Shown in pieces: positions 1 through 12,911 of a stretch of 64,000 bases of DNA. The translations under genes and the position numbers were made by a program. Source of the DNA: Mobula hypostoma (lineage: Eukaryota). Each line of letters starts with the position of its first letter. Position 1 is the stretch's first letter. The DNA is taken from positions 8,806,001-8,870,000 of the forward strand of contig NC_086101.1 in the NCBI RefSeq assembly GCF_963921235.1, in the 5' to 3' direction. The notes below the pieces were generated by a model. The model saw only the letters and a program-made list of their open reading frames with translations. It was not told where the DNA came from and ran no database searches.

Positions 1-399
1 TCCAATTTTTTGAGAAGCCCAGGTAAATGGAAAAGCTCTCAGCCCGTCTCCCAATCGCAACTTCGCAAATGATCTGCCACCGTTGACCACTTCAGCACAG
101 AATGGAAAATTTTGGTTGTTTGCAGCTTGTTATACATGAACAAACAAGATTCTGCTGGTACTAGAAATCCAGAGTAACACTCACAAAATGCTGGAGAGGA
201 TCAGCAGGTCAGGCAGCATCTATGGAGACAAATGAAGAGTCAACTTGTCCGAGACTCTTCATGCAGATTCTTCATTGTTTGTTCTGCTCCATTAATACTG
301 CCTGATATAGTCATTGATGCACAGGTTGGTTGTCGTGTACGTGTCCAAATTTCTTTTAACTAGAACACACAGCATTGAGCGATTATTTAAAACGACAGA

Positions 400-1033
400 T
401 TCGCGGGAATTCGTCCATTGTATGTGGCCTATCAGTGGTGGCAACTAATCCCGACGAACTAAATAAAAGTACAGAAGGGATAAGTGAAGCGGCCTTTGTC
501 GGGGCGGCCAGTGGCGAGAGTATAAGCAACAGGTTTTTGATATTTTCTTTGCATTTTCTTTGAGGAATGGAGAGCATGCTGGTAGGGTTAGTATTTTACT
601 CTGGGTATCAGAGGTGGGAGTTCTGGGAATCTTCTAGTTTTCCACATGGCCACATCTGCGCCAAATGCACCGAGATGCAGCTCCTGAGAGACTGTGTTAG
701 GGATCTGGAACTGTGACCGACAGCTTATTAGGGAGAGTGAACAGGAGACAGAGAGGAGCTACAGGTCGTCGGTCACCCCGAGGCTGCAGGAGTTACATAA
801 GTCAGGGAAGCGAGGGAAAGAGCTCAGATGGTAGAGAGCACCCCTGTGGCTGTCCCCCTCAGTAATCGTTATCTCGTTTTGGATGCGGTTGAGGGGGATG
901 ACCTGACAGAGGATGACCACGGCGATCGGGTCTCTGGCACTGAGCCTGGGTCCATGATGCAGAAGACAAAGAGGAAGATAAGGAATGCCGTAGTTATAAG
1001 GGATTGCATGGTGAGGGGAACAGACAGGAGATT
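400..1033 (+). mobile_element. CR1 LINE 5' fragment (UTR and decayed ORF1)
   Basis: ORF1-like peptides (HICAKCTEMQLLRD; STPVAVPLSNRY..RGTDRR) homologous to the ORF1 at 52723-53656. Confidence 0.75.
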
Positions 1034-1438
1034 AGAAACATAGAAAACCTACAGCACAATACAAGCCCTTTGGTCCACAAATTTGAGCCGAACATGTCCC
1101 TACCTTAGAAATTACTAGGCTAATCCACAGCCCTCTATTTTTCTAAGCTCCATGTACCTATCCAAAAGTCTCCACCACCGTTGCTGGCAGCCCATTCCAC
1201 GCACACAGTAAGAAACTTATCCCTGACATTTCCTCTGTACCTACTCCCAAGCACCTTAAACCTGTGCCCTCTTGTGGCAGCCATTTCAGCCCTGGGAAAA
1301 AGCCTCTGACTATCCACACGATCAATGCCTCTCATCATCTTATACACTTCTATCAGATCACCTCTCATTCTCTGTCACTCCAAGGAGAAAAGGCCGAGCT
1401 CACTAAACCTGTTTTCATAAGGCATGCTCCCCAATCCA
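1034..1438 (-). mobile_element. CR1 LINE 3' fragment
   Basis: RGDLIEVYKMMRGIDRVD ORF2 C-terminus, 3' UTR and TTCTATGTTTCTA tail. Confidence 0.85.
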
Positions 1439-1440
1439 GT

Positions 1441-4320
1441 AAGTCAAAATCGCGAGCGGGATTGAGCAGCGCCGCTTGCAAGACGTGGGGGTCGCCATCT
1501 TCCCTGCACGCCGCCACCACGTGCGAGACATGGGGGCGGCCATCTTGGTCGGCGCCACCACCCACCGCCTACGACCAACGGGTGCTCATGGGGCACCCCA
1601 CCGCCCCGGACCAAGATAGCGACCCCACCCTGGCTTCCGTGACCCTCGACCAAAGCGCTCCCCACCAGCTCGCAAGGTCATTGATGGATATCCTGGTGGA
1701 GGGGCACAGGACAAGCTGCCTGTTTGACACATGCAGCACGGAGAGTTTTATCCACCCGGACACGGTGCAGCATTGTGGACTCATGATACAGCCGGTAAGT
1801 CAGAGGGTCACCATGGCCTCCGGGTCGCATACAACAGACATCCGGGGTTGTGCAGCGACGTTAGTGGTGCAGGGCACAGAATATCGAGACTTTACGTTAC
1901 TGGTCATGCCTCAACTGTGTGCCCCTGTGCTATTGGGGCCTGACTTCCAGAGCCACCCGAAAAGCGTGACAATGGAGTATAATGGGCCCCTCCCGCCAAT
2001 TACTGTCGTAAATCCCCAGTTTTGTAGAGATATGTCACGTACCCCGCTACTGACCACACACACACACCAACCCGCACATCCCACCCAACATCATGCCAAC
2101 TGCCGCACTACCGACACCACTTGCGGCCTCTCCACCCTCAGGATCCCTCCCCCACCGCTGTTCGCCAACCTGACCCCCGACTGTAAACCTGTGGCAACTA
2201 AAAGCAAGAGGTACAGCGCGGGGGACAGAGCTTTCATTAAGTCGGAGGTGCAGCGGCTGCTCAGGGAGGGGGTCACTGAAGCAAGCACAAGTCCTTGGAG
2301 GGCGCCGGGAGTCGTTGTTCGGAACGGGGAGAAGAATAGGATGGTCGTGGACTATAGCCAGACCATCAATACGTTCACGCAGCTCGATGCGTACCCTCTA
2401 CCCCGCATCACGTATATGGTCAATCAGATAGCACAGTACAAGGTGTACTCGACCATAGACCTAGATTCCGCTCACCATCAGCTCCCCATCCGCCGGGAGG
2501 ACTGCCCTTACACCGCCTTCGAGGCGGACGGCAGGCTTTATCAATTCCTGCGCGTCCCCTTCGGTGTCACGAATGATGTATCTGTCTTCCAGAGGGCAAT
2601 GGACCGGATGGTGGACCAGTGCCAACTGAAGGCCACGTTCCCATATCTGGATAACATCACCATCTGCGGTCACGACTGGCAGGATCATGACAACAACCTC
2701 CAAAAATTTCTCCAAGCGGCCAAAGCTTTCAACCTCACCTATAACAAGGACAAGTGTGTATTCGGGACCACCCAACTTGCTATCCTTGGGTGTGTCCTGC
2801 AGAATGAAGTCATTGGCCCTGACCCCGACCGTATGCGCCCCCTGTTGGAACTCCCTCTTCCCAACACCCTCAGATCCCTCAAAAGGTGCCTGGGCTTCCT
2901 TTCATATTACGCCCAATGGGTCTCTAACTATGCAGACAAGGCCCGCCCCTTGGTCAAGTCCACCACATTCCCCCTCTCAGCCGAGGCCCGCGCGGCCTTC
3001 AGCCGCATTAAAGGGGACATTGCCAAAGCAGCAATGCATGCGGTGGATGAGGCCATTCCCTTCCAAGTAGAGAGTGACTCCTCCGACTTTGCACTGGCTG
3101 CTACCCTCAACCGGGAGGGAAGACCGGTGGCGTTCTTCTCACGTACCCTTCAAAGCCCTGAAATTCGGCACTCCACGGTGGAAAAAGAGGCCCAGGCCAT
3201 AGTGGAAGCTATTAGGCACTGGAGGCACTATCTTGCCGGAAAAAGGTTCATCTTGCTAACTGACCAGCGCTCAGTCGCATTCATGTTTAAAAATCAGCAG
3301 CGGAGCAAAATCAAAAATGATAAAATTCTGAGGTGGAGAATCGAACTCTCCACCTACAACTATGACATCATGGACAGGCCTGGGCGCTCAACGAGCCCTC
3401 CGATGCCCTATCCCGGGGAACCTGCGCCAGCGCGCAGATCGATCGGCTATACGCCCTACATGTAGACCTTTGCCTCCCGGGGGTCACCCGGCTTTTCCAC
3501 TTGGTGAAAGCCCGGAACCTGCCTTACTCCCTTGAGGAGATCAGGATGATGACCAGGGACTGCCAAGTCTGCGCAGAGTGCAAACCACACTTCTACCGAC
3601 CCGAAAAGGCACAACTCATCAAGGCCACCCGCCCTTTTGAGCGACTGAGTGTTGACTTTAAGAGCCCCCTTCCCTCCACCGACCGCAATGTGTACTTTCT
3701 TAATGTTATCGACGAGTACTCGCGGTTCCCCTTCGCCATCCCCTGCCCCGACACCACTAGCACTTCAGTTATACAAGCCCTGCGCAAGCTCCTCACTCTG
3801 TTCGGATACTCGTGCTATATCCACAGTGACAGAAGGTCCTCGTTTATGAGTGACGAGCTGCGCCAATATCTATTGGCTAGGGGAATTGCAACTAGTAGGA
3901 CCACGAGCTATAATCCCGGGGGAATGGACAGGTGGAGAAGGAGAATGGCACAGTGTGGAAAGCCACACTCTTAGCCCTCAGGTCAAAGGGACTGCCGGTC
4001 TCCCGCTGGCAGGAGGTCCTTCCCGAGGCACTCCACTCCATCCGCTCCCTGTTATGCACGTTCACCAATGCCACCCCTCATGAGAGACTCTTTTCTTTTC
4101 CCAGAAAGTTGACCACTGGGACCAACCTACCATCTTGGCTGACGTCCCCGGGGCCAGTGCTGCTCCGGAAACATGCGAGGAGCAATAAATACTCCCCGAT
4201 AGTCGAGAGGGTTCACTTACTTCATGTGAACCCTCAGTATGCCTGCGTGGTTTTACCTGATGGGTGGGAGGACACGGTCTCCATCCGCGACCTGGCGCCC
4301 GCAGGAGCACCAGGCCACTA
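1441..4320 (+). pseudogene. Gypsy pol (PR-RT-RH-IN) with frameshifts near 3375 and 3920
   Basis: ORFs 1264-3465, 3501-3974 and 3932-4681 are consecutive pieces of one pol; DTG has become DTC in the protease. Confidence 0.88.
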
Positions 4321-4653
4321 CTCTGAACACTCCGTGGTGACTATTGACCCGTACCCACCAATGTATGTACCCACGAGACACCGCACACTCCAAACCCTAT
4401 CCAGACACCCGACGGCTCTCCCATACCAGGTGCGACGCACACGCACAAGGGATTACCGACGCCTAACGCGCTGGCACCTCAAGTCAGGCCGGAGCCAGCA
4501 CAACCGCCGTCGCCGACGCAATCACCACCGATGCTACGTAGATCACAGCGACGGACGCGACCGCCTGATAGACTTGACCTGTAAATATACTTGTTGTAAA
4601 TATTGTAAGTCACTTCACCCCACGGGACTCTTTTTAAAAAAGGGAGGGGTGAA

Positions 4654-4881
4654 TGTGGTAAACCATATATATATGTTGTAACTGGGTTAACTGTCTGGAC
4701 ACGCCCCTCTGCTGACTGCCCCGTGGCTCCTCCCACAGAGTCCTGTACAAAGGTGTTCGCCTTGCCCCACCCCTCAGTCCGGGACAGACACTCACTGTGG
4801 AGGTCGTATTGTACAGCGAATAAAAGCCTTTCAGTATTTTACCAAACCTCAGTCTTTTGGAGTTATTGAAGGTGCTTCACA
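4654..4881 (+). repeat. 3' LTR (228 bp) of Gypsy element
   Basis: TGTG...CACA termini, preceded by polypurine tract AAAAAAGGGAGGGG, AATAAA at 4819. Confidence 0.85.
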
Positions 4882-7800
4882 TCCGGCTGCAGCTCCTAAC
4901 TAATCGCGTTAGGGAACTGGAGCAGGAGTTGGATGACCTCCGGAGCATTCGGGAGAATGAGGAGATTATAGATAGTAGCTACGGGAGGTAGTTACGCCAA
5001 AGTAGCAGATCACTGGAAATCGGGTCACTTTCAGGCGAGGGAAGAGGAAAGGGCCGGAAGAGCAGGGTTCCCTTGTGGGCATTCCCCTCAACAACAAGTA
5101 TACCGTATTGGATACTGTTGGGGGGATGACTTACCTGGGACAAGCTGCAGCAGCCAGATCTCTGGCACTGAGTCTGGCTCTGCAGTGCAGAAGGGAGGGT
5201 GGAAAAAGAGGACAGCGGTAGTGATAGGGGTCTCGATAGTTAGAGGTGCAGATAGGAGGTTCTGTGGTCATGACAGAGAATCCAGGATGGTTTGTTGCCT
5301 CCTGGGTACCAGGGTCAAGGATGTCTCTGATCGCTTGTATGATATTCTGAAGTGGGAGGGTGATCAGCCAGATGTCGTGGTGCACATCGGTACCAATGAC
5401 ATAGCAAGGAAGAGTGAGGAGGTCCTGGAGAGTGAGTATAGAGAGCTTGGTAGGAAGTTGAAAAGCAAGACCTCAAGGGTGGTAATCTCAGGATTGCTAC
5501 CCGTGCTACATGCCAGTGAGGATAAGAATAGATTGCTCTGGAGGATGAACAAGCGGCTGAGGAACTGGTGTAGGGGGCAGGGTTTCAGACTTCAGAATCA
5601 TTGGAACCTCTTCTGGGGCAGGTGGGACCTGTACAAGAGAGACGGGTTGCACTTGAACTACAAGGGGACCAATATCCTTTCAGAGAGGTTTGTTAGTGCT
5701 ATTGGAGATGCTTTAAACTAGATTTGCAGGGGGATGGGAACCATAGTGCCAGAGCTGACAGTGGGGCCGGGGTGAAAATAAATGATGCTAAAAGTTCAAG
5801 CAAAGCCACAAATAGAAAGGTTGTGAGTGGTGGTAAAAATCTTCTGAGGTGTATATATGTCAATGCTAGGAGTATTGCGGGGAAGGCAGACGAGTTGAGG
5901 GCGTGGATTGACACGTGGAATTATGAAGTTATAGCAATTAGTAAAACTTGGCTACAGGAGGGGCAGGACTGGCAGCTTAATATTCCAGGGTTCCGATGTT
6001 TCAGATGTGATAGAGGCAGAGGAATGAAAGGTGGGGCGGGGGGGGGGGTGGGGGGTGTGTGGTAGCATTGCTTGTCAGGGAAAATGTTACAGCAGTGCTC
6101 AGGCAGGACAGATTAGAGGGCTTGTCTACTGAGTCCTTTTGGGTGGAGCTGAGAAACAGGAAAGGTATGGCCACATTAGTGGGGTTGTATTGTAGACCAC
6201 CCAATAGTCAGCGAGAATTGGAGGAGCAAATCTGCAGAGAGATAGCAGACAACTGCAGGAAACATAAAGTTGTGGTGGTAGGGGATACTAACCCCATACT
6301 GCTAGGGGTCTAGATGGGTTACGGTTTGTAAAATGTTTTCAGGAAAGTTTTCTAAATCAATATATAGAGGTACCAGCTAGAGGGGATGCAATATTGGATC
6401 TCCTATTAGGAAACGAGTTAGGACAAGTGATGGAAGTGTGTGTAGGGGAGCACTTTGGTGCCAGTGATCATAACACCATTGGTTTCAACTTGATCATGGA
6501 TAAAGATAGATCTGGTCCTAGGGTTAAGGTTCTAAACTGGAAGAAGGCCAAATTTGAAGAAATGATAAAGGATCTAAAAAGCGTGGATTGGGACAGGTTG
6601 TTCTCTGGCAAGGATGTGATCGGTAAGTGGGAAGCCTTCAAAGGAGAAATTCTGAGAATGCAGAGCTTGTATGTTCCTGTCAGGATTAAAGGGAAAGTGA
6701 ATAGGAATAAGGAACTTTGGTTCTCAAGGGGTATTGCAACTCTGATAAAGAAGAAGAGAGAGTTGTATGACATGTATAAGAAACAGGGAGTAAATCAGGT
6801 GCTTGAGGAGTATAAAAAGTGCAAGAAAATACTTAAGGAAATCAGGAGGGCTAAAAGAAGACATGTGGTTGCCTTGGCAGTCAAAGTGAAAGATAATCCA
6901 AAGAGCTTTTACAAGTATATTATGAGTAAAAGGATTGTAAGGGATAAAATTGGTGCTCTTGAAGATCAGAGTGGTCGGCTATGTGTGGAACCAAAAGAAA
7001 TGGGGGAGATCTTAAATGGGGTTTTTGCATCTTTATTTATTAAGAAAACTGGCATGAAGTCTATGGAATTAAGGGAAACAAATAGTGAGATCATGGAAAC
7101 TGTACAGATTGAAAAACAGGAGGTGCTTGCTATCTTGAGGCAAATTAAAATGGATAAATCCCCAGGACCTGACAGGATATTCCCTCGGACCTTGAAGGAG
7201 ACTAGTGTTGAAATTGCAGGGGCACTGGCAGATATATTTAAAATGTCGGTGTCTACCTGTGAAGTGCCGGGTGTTTGGAGAATGGCTCATGTTGTTCTGT
7301 TGCTTAAAAAAAGATTGAAAAGTAATCCGGGAAATTATAGGCCGGTAAGTGTGACGTCGGTAGTGGGTAGGTCCTGGAGGGAGTACTAAGAGACAGAATC
7401 TACATGCATTTGGATAGACAGGGACTTGTTAGGGAGAGTCAACATGGCTTTGTTCGTGGTAGGTCATGTTTGACCAATCTATTAGAGTTTTTCGAGGAGG
7501 TTACCAGGAAAGTGGATGAAGGGAAGGCAGTGGATATTGTCTACGTGCACTTCAGTAAGGCCTTTGACAAGGTCTCCCATGGTAGGTTAGTTAGGAAAAT
7601 TCAGTCGCTCGGTATATATGGAGAAATGGTAAATTGGATTAGACATTGGCTCAATGGAAGAAGCCAAAGAGTGGTAGTAGAGGATTGCTTCTCAAATTGG
7701 AGGCCTGTGACTAGTGGTGTGCCACAGGGATCAGTGCTGGGTCCATTGTTATTTGTCATCTATATCAAAGATCTGGATGATAATGTGGTAAATTGGATCA

Positions 7801-8712
7801 GCAAATTTGCTGATGATACAAAGATTGGAGGTGTACTGGACAGTGAGGAAGGTTTTCAAAACTTGCAGAGGGATTTGGACCAGCTGGAGAAATGGGCTGA
7901 AAAATGGCAGATGGAGTTTAATACAAACAAGTGTGAGGTATTGCACTTTGGAAGGACAAACCAAGGTAGAACATACAGGGTTAATGGTAAGGCACTGAGG
8001 AGTGCAGTAGAACAGAGGGATCTGGGAATACAGATACAAAATTCCCTAAAAGTGGCGTCACAGGTAGATAGAGTTGTAAAGAGAGCTTTTGGTACATTGG
8101 CATTTATTAATCAAAGTATTGAGTATAAGAGCTGGAATGTTATGATGAAGTTGTATAAGGCATTGGTGAGGCCGAATCTGGAGTATCGTGTTCACTTTTG
8201 GTCATCAAATTACAGGAAGAATATTAATAAGTTTGAAAGAGTGCAGAGAAAGATTACAAAGATGTTGCCGGGACTTGAGAAACTCAGTTACAGAGAAAGG
8301 TTGAATAGGTTAAGACTTTATTCCCTGGAGCGTAGAAGAATGAGGGGAGATTTGATAGAGGTATATAAAATTATGATGGGTATAGATAGACTGAATGCAA
8401 GCAGGCTTTTTCCCCTGAGGCAGGGGGAGAAAAAACAGAGGACGTGGGTTAAGGGTGGGGTGGGGGGAGAAGTTTAACGGGAACATTACGGGGGGCTTCT
8501 TCACACAGAGAGTGGTGGGAGTGTGGAATGAACTGCCAGACGAGGTGGTAAATGCGGGTTCTTTTTTTAACATTTAAGAATAAATTGGACAGATACATGG
8601 ATGGGAGGTGTATGGAGGGATATGGTCCGTGTGCAGGTCAGTGGGACTAGGCAGAAAATGGTTCGGCACAGCCAAGAAAGGCGAAAAGGCCTGTTTCTGT
8701 GCTGTAGTTTTT
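4882..8712 (+). mobile_element. CR1 LINE, near complete and decayed (ORF1 SGNH esterase; ORF2 APE endonuclease and RT)
   Basis: HIGTND and DGLHLN (ORF1); NARSI, GVPQGSVLGP, KFADDTK, RGDLIEVYK (ORF2); several frameshifts. Confidence 0.93.
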
Positions 8713-8718
8713 TTTTTA

Positions 8719-9512
8719 TGGATTCTATAGAAAAGGCGTGTCAGAAAGGCAGTGTCATGATCATCGTTGGGGATTTTAACATGAAAGTGGATTGGGAAAA
8801 CCAGGCCAGTGCTGGACCTCAAGAGAGAATTTGTAGAAGTTCTAAGGGATGGCTTTTTAGAACAGCTTGTCGTTGAGCCTGCTAGGGGATCAGTTGTGTT
8901 GGATTGGGGGTGGGCGATGGCCTGGAGGTGATAAGAGAGCTTAAGGGAACAGTGATCACAATATGATCAGTTCACATTGAAATTTGAGAGGGAAGAAATA
9001 AAATTTAATGTGTCGGTATTTCAGTGGACTCAAGGAAATTACAATGGCACGAGAGCGGAACTGACCGAGGTTGACTGGAAAGGGATATTTGCAGGAAGGA
9101 CAGCAGAGCAGCAATGGCTGGAGTTTCTGCGAAAAGTAAGGGAGGTGCAAGACAGATATATTCCAAAGAAGAAGAAATTTTCAAAGGGAAGAAGGACACG
9201 ACCGTGGCTGACAAGTAAAGTCAGAGCCAAAATAAAAGCAAAAGAGAGAGGGCATACAAAGAAGCCAGAGATAGAGGGAAGATAGAAGATTGGGGAGCTT
9301 TTAAAAACTTACAGAAGGAAACTCAGAAGGTCATTAGGAAGGAAAAGATGAATTATGAGAGGAAGCTGCCGACCAATATCAAAGAAGATGCTGAAAGCTT
9401 TTTAAAGTGTATAAAGGGTAAAGGAGACTCGAGGGTAGTTATAGGACCACTACAAAATAACGCTGGAGATATTGTAATGAGAAATGCAGAGATGGCAGAG
9501 GAACTGAATGCG
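8719..9512 (+). mobile_element. CR1 ORF2 internal fragment
   Basis: VGDFN, SDHNMI and PWLT motifs with stops and frameshifts. Confidence 0.8.
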
Positions 9513-9589
9513 AAAGAAAAATGTAAAAAAGCTTAGCTCTATCTGTCAAGTGTACATGACATATGGAAGCATTCAGTGAAAGGTGTTTA

Positions 9590-9806
9590 TGTGGCGACCC
9601 ACTTTCTACACAAGCGAACCGGCTCACAAAATAGCCCGCGCGCCGGAAGAGACTTTTGCACTGCGCCTCTGACGTCATTTCCGCCCGGAGAGGCCTGGAA
9701 GGGAACTGCTTAAAAGCCAGTGCCGCGGAGTTTGAATAAAGGAGTCTCGAGTGCAACTTACAGACTGCGTGTCGTTATTTCTAGCTCTGTGTAGCACATC
9801 GCTACA
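9590..9806 (+). repeat. 5' LTR
   Basis: TGTGGCGA...TCGCTACA; direct repeat of 12912-13129 (about 17 substitutions and 2 indels by eye). Confidence 0.93.
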
Positions 9807-9807
9807 T

Positions 9808-9821
9808 TGGTGACTCCGATG
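9808..9821 (+). promoter_or_regulatory. Primer binding site, tRNA-Trp type
   Basis: TGGTGACTCCGATG versus the tRNA-Trp 3' complement TGGTGACCCCGACG (2 mismatches), 1 nt after the LTR. Confidence 0.75.
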
Positions 9822-10522
9822 GTCTAAACGGGATTTGGACCAAAGATGATCGACTCTTAATCTGCTCACGCAGTTTCGCTAAAACTGCCAACTTTCTGGA
9901 CGCTGCAACCACGCGTCTGGTTTGACCAAGCTGAAGCCCAGTACCAGATTCGGCAGATATCTTCGGATTCCACGCGTTACTATTAAGTGGTGAGCTCCCT
10001 TGACCAGGAGACAGCCGCGCGGGTTCGGGATTTAATCCAGTCACCCCCGGAAGAAGGCAAATATGCAGCATTCAAAACGCTGCTCTTAGAGACCTTTGGC
10101 CTCTCACGGCGTGAGCGAGGTGCCCGTTTGCTGCACCTGAATGGTTTGGGAGACAGGCCGCCGTCAGCATTAATGAACGAGATTCTGGCCCTGGCTGAAG
10201 GACATGAGCCCTGCCTCATGTTTGAGCAGGCGTTCCTAGAGCAACTGCCCGAGGACATACATCTGCTGCTGTCCGACGCAGATTTCAGTGACCCCCGGAA
10301 GGTGGCGGCCCGGGCAGACGTGCTGTGGAAAGCCAAGAGGGAGAGCGGGGCGTCCGTCGGACAGATTACCAAGCCACGCGCCCAACAGCAGGCCAGACCA
10401 GGCCCGGCAACGGAGCGCACACAACCCAGAGGCAGGAGTGAGGAGGCCAATGAACAGTGGTGTTTCTACCACCAGCGGTGGGGCACAGAAGCCCGCCGTT
10501 GTCGCCCGCCCTGCAAGTTCCC

Positions 10523-10568
10523 GGGAAACGCCAGGGCCAGCCGCCACTAATGGCTACGGCGGCTGGCC
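10523..10568 (+). promoter_or_regulatory. -1 programmed ribosomal frameshift signal (gag-pol)
   Basis: G GGA AAC in the gag frame, 5-nt spacer, perfect 11-bp stem GGCCAGCCGCC / GGCGGCTGGCC; the protease ORF is in the -1 frame. Confidence 0.85.
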
Positions 10569-12911
10569 ACCAGGACAGCCTCCGGTACGTCTGGAACAAA
10601 GAGTCAGGACGCTGCTTCTTGGTCGACACCGGAGCGGAGATCAGCTTCTTACCCCCGACGGGGTACGACACCCGCAACAGGGCGACGGGACCCACTCTGA
10701 GGGCCGCAAACGGCAGCGCGATTCGGACCTACGGCACCCGCACAGTGCAACTACAGTTCGGCGCCAGCCGGTTCACGTGAGACTTCACACTGGCCGCCGT
10801 GGCCCAGGCGCTCCTGGGGGACGGACTTCTTGCCAGCCCACAGCCTGCTGGTCGACTTGCAAGGGAAAGACTGGTCCATGCCAAGACTTTCCAGACGTTC
10901 TCCCTGGGTGAAGCCAAGTTGCCAATCCCACACCTGGACTCCATCATGCTGTCTGACAACGAATTCACCAGAATCCTGGCGGACTTTCCATCGGTTCTGG
11001 CACTGCAGTTCATGGCAGCCATACCCAGACACGGAGTACAGCACCACATTCCGACCCAGGGACCACCCCTCCATGCCCACGCACGAAGGCTCCCCCCGAC
11101 AAGCTCCGCCTGGCGAAGGAGGAGTTCAAGAGGATGGAGAAATTGGGGATCGTACGGCGGTCTGACAGCCCATGGGCCTCCCCCTTGCACATGGTGCCCA
11201 AAGCAGCCGGGGGCTGGAGACCATGCAGCGACTACCGCAGATTGAACGAGGCTGCAACTCCAGACCACTACCCCATGCAGCACATACAGGACTTTGCAGC
11301 AAACCTGCACGGGGCAAGCATCTTTTCCAAAGTAGACCTCCTCCGGGGGTACCATCAAATCCCGGTACACCCAGAAGACATCCCCAAAACAGCACTCATC
11401 ACCCCGTTCGGACTTCTCGAATTCCTCCGAATGCCGTTCGGCCTAAAGAATGCCGCATAGACTTTCCAGCGGCTAATGGACGCGGTGGGACGCGACCTGG
11501 ACTTTGCATTCATCTATTTGGACGACATCCTCATAGCAAGCAGTAGTCGGCAGGAGCATCTGTCCCACCTCCGCCAGCTCTACTCCCGCCTGAGTGATTT
11601 CGGCCTCACGATCAACCCGGCCAAATGCCAGTTCGGACTCGACACCATCGACTTCCTGGGCCACAGGATTACCAAAGACAGGGACGACGAGATGCCCAGC
11701 TACAGGACCGCAGTCTCGGGATTGCAGCTGCTAGACTTCCTCGTAGGCCCAGGTGAGAGGACCCTTCTGTGTGACGTGGCTACCGGTCAACCTCGCCCCA
11801 TCGTCCCGGCAGCCTGGCTGCGGCGAGTTTTCGACTCCATACACGGCTTGGCGCACCCATCTATCTGGACAACTGTCCGGTTGGTCTCCAGCAAGTTCGT
11901 GTGTCACGGACTTCGCAAACAGGTCAGCGAATGGGCCAAAACGTGCACGCAGTGCCAAACAGCCAAGGTGCAGCGGTACACCAAGGCTCCGCCGCAGCAT
12001 TTCGAACCCACCCGCCGGGGGTTCGACCACGTTCATGTGGATATCGTGGGGCCCCTGCCAGTGTCGCAAGGAGCGCGGTACCTCCTAGCTATGATAGACC
12101 GGTTCACCAGATGGCCAGAGACAGTCCCGCTCACCGACACCACCTCCGATTCCTGCGCCTGAGCGCTGATTGCAACCTGGGTAGCCCGCTTCGGGGTACC
12201 GGCCCACATTGCCTCCGACAGAGGCGCCCAGTTCACCTCCAGCCTGTGGTCAGCTATGGCCAGCCTGTTGGGAACACAATTACGCCACACAACTGCCCAT
12301 CACCCACAGTCGAACGGACTAGTGGAACGCTTCCACCGTCTGTTAAACTCGGCTCTCATGGCCCGCCTGAAAGGGCCTAACTGGGTGGACGAACTTCCCT
12401 GGGTCCTGCTTGGAATCCGCACAGCACCCAAAGAGGATCTGCACACCTCGTCGGCCGAGCTGGTGTACGGCGCACCCCTGGTCATCCCAGGAAAGTTCAT
12501 ATCAGCCTCGAGGGGGCAAGAGGAAGAACCCGCAGCAGTCCTGGACAGACTATGCGAAAGGCTCAGCAATCTGGCTCCCGTACCCACTTCACAGCACGGA
12601 CAGATCCCGACCTGCGTACCCAAAGACCTGCAGAACTGTAAGTTTGTATTCGCACGAAGGGGCGGACACCGGGCATCGCTACAGCGGCCGTACGAGGGGC
12701 CGTTCAAGGTGATCAGTAACAACGGGTCCATGTACGTTCGGGACGTTGGGGGGAAAGAGGAGGTTTTCACGGTGGACCGATTCAAACCGGCCCATGTGGA
12801 CTCGGCGCAGCCGGTCGAGGTTCAGGCACCGCGGCGCAGAGGCAGACCGCCCAGAGACTGTCCAGACTGTGGACATGGGGGGTGTATCCCTGGTTCTGGG
12901 GGCGGGGGTGG

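Larger units (their letters stand above)
1441..4881 (+). mobile_element. Ty3/Gypsy LTR retrotransposon, 5' part (5' LTR and gag) missing
   Basis: Protease (LFDTCS), RT (RVPFG, YLDN), RNase H (ESDSSD..EKEA..TDQ), frameshifted integrase (HSD..E), PPT at 4636-4650 and 3' LTR. Confidence 0.92.

Noticed and set aside
1264..3465. 733-aa ORF as a domesticated host gene
   Set aside because: Its start is a GTG in antisense CR1, the protease motif is altered, the integrase is frameshifted and an LTR is still attached, so it is TE decay.
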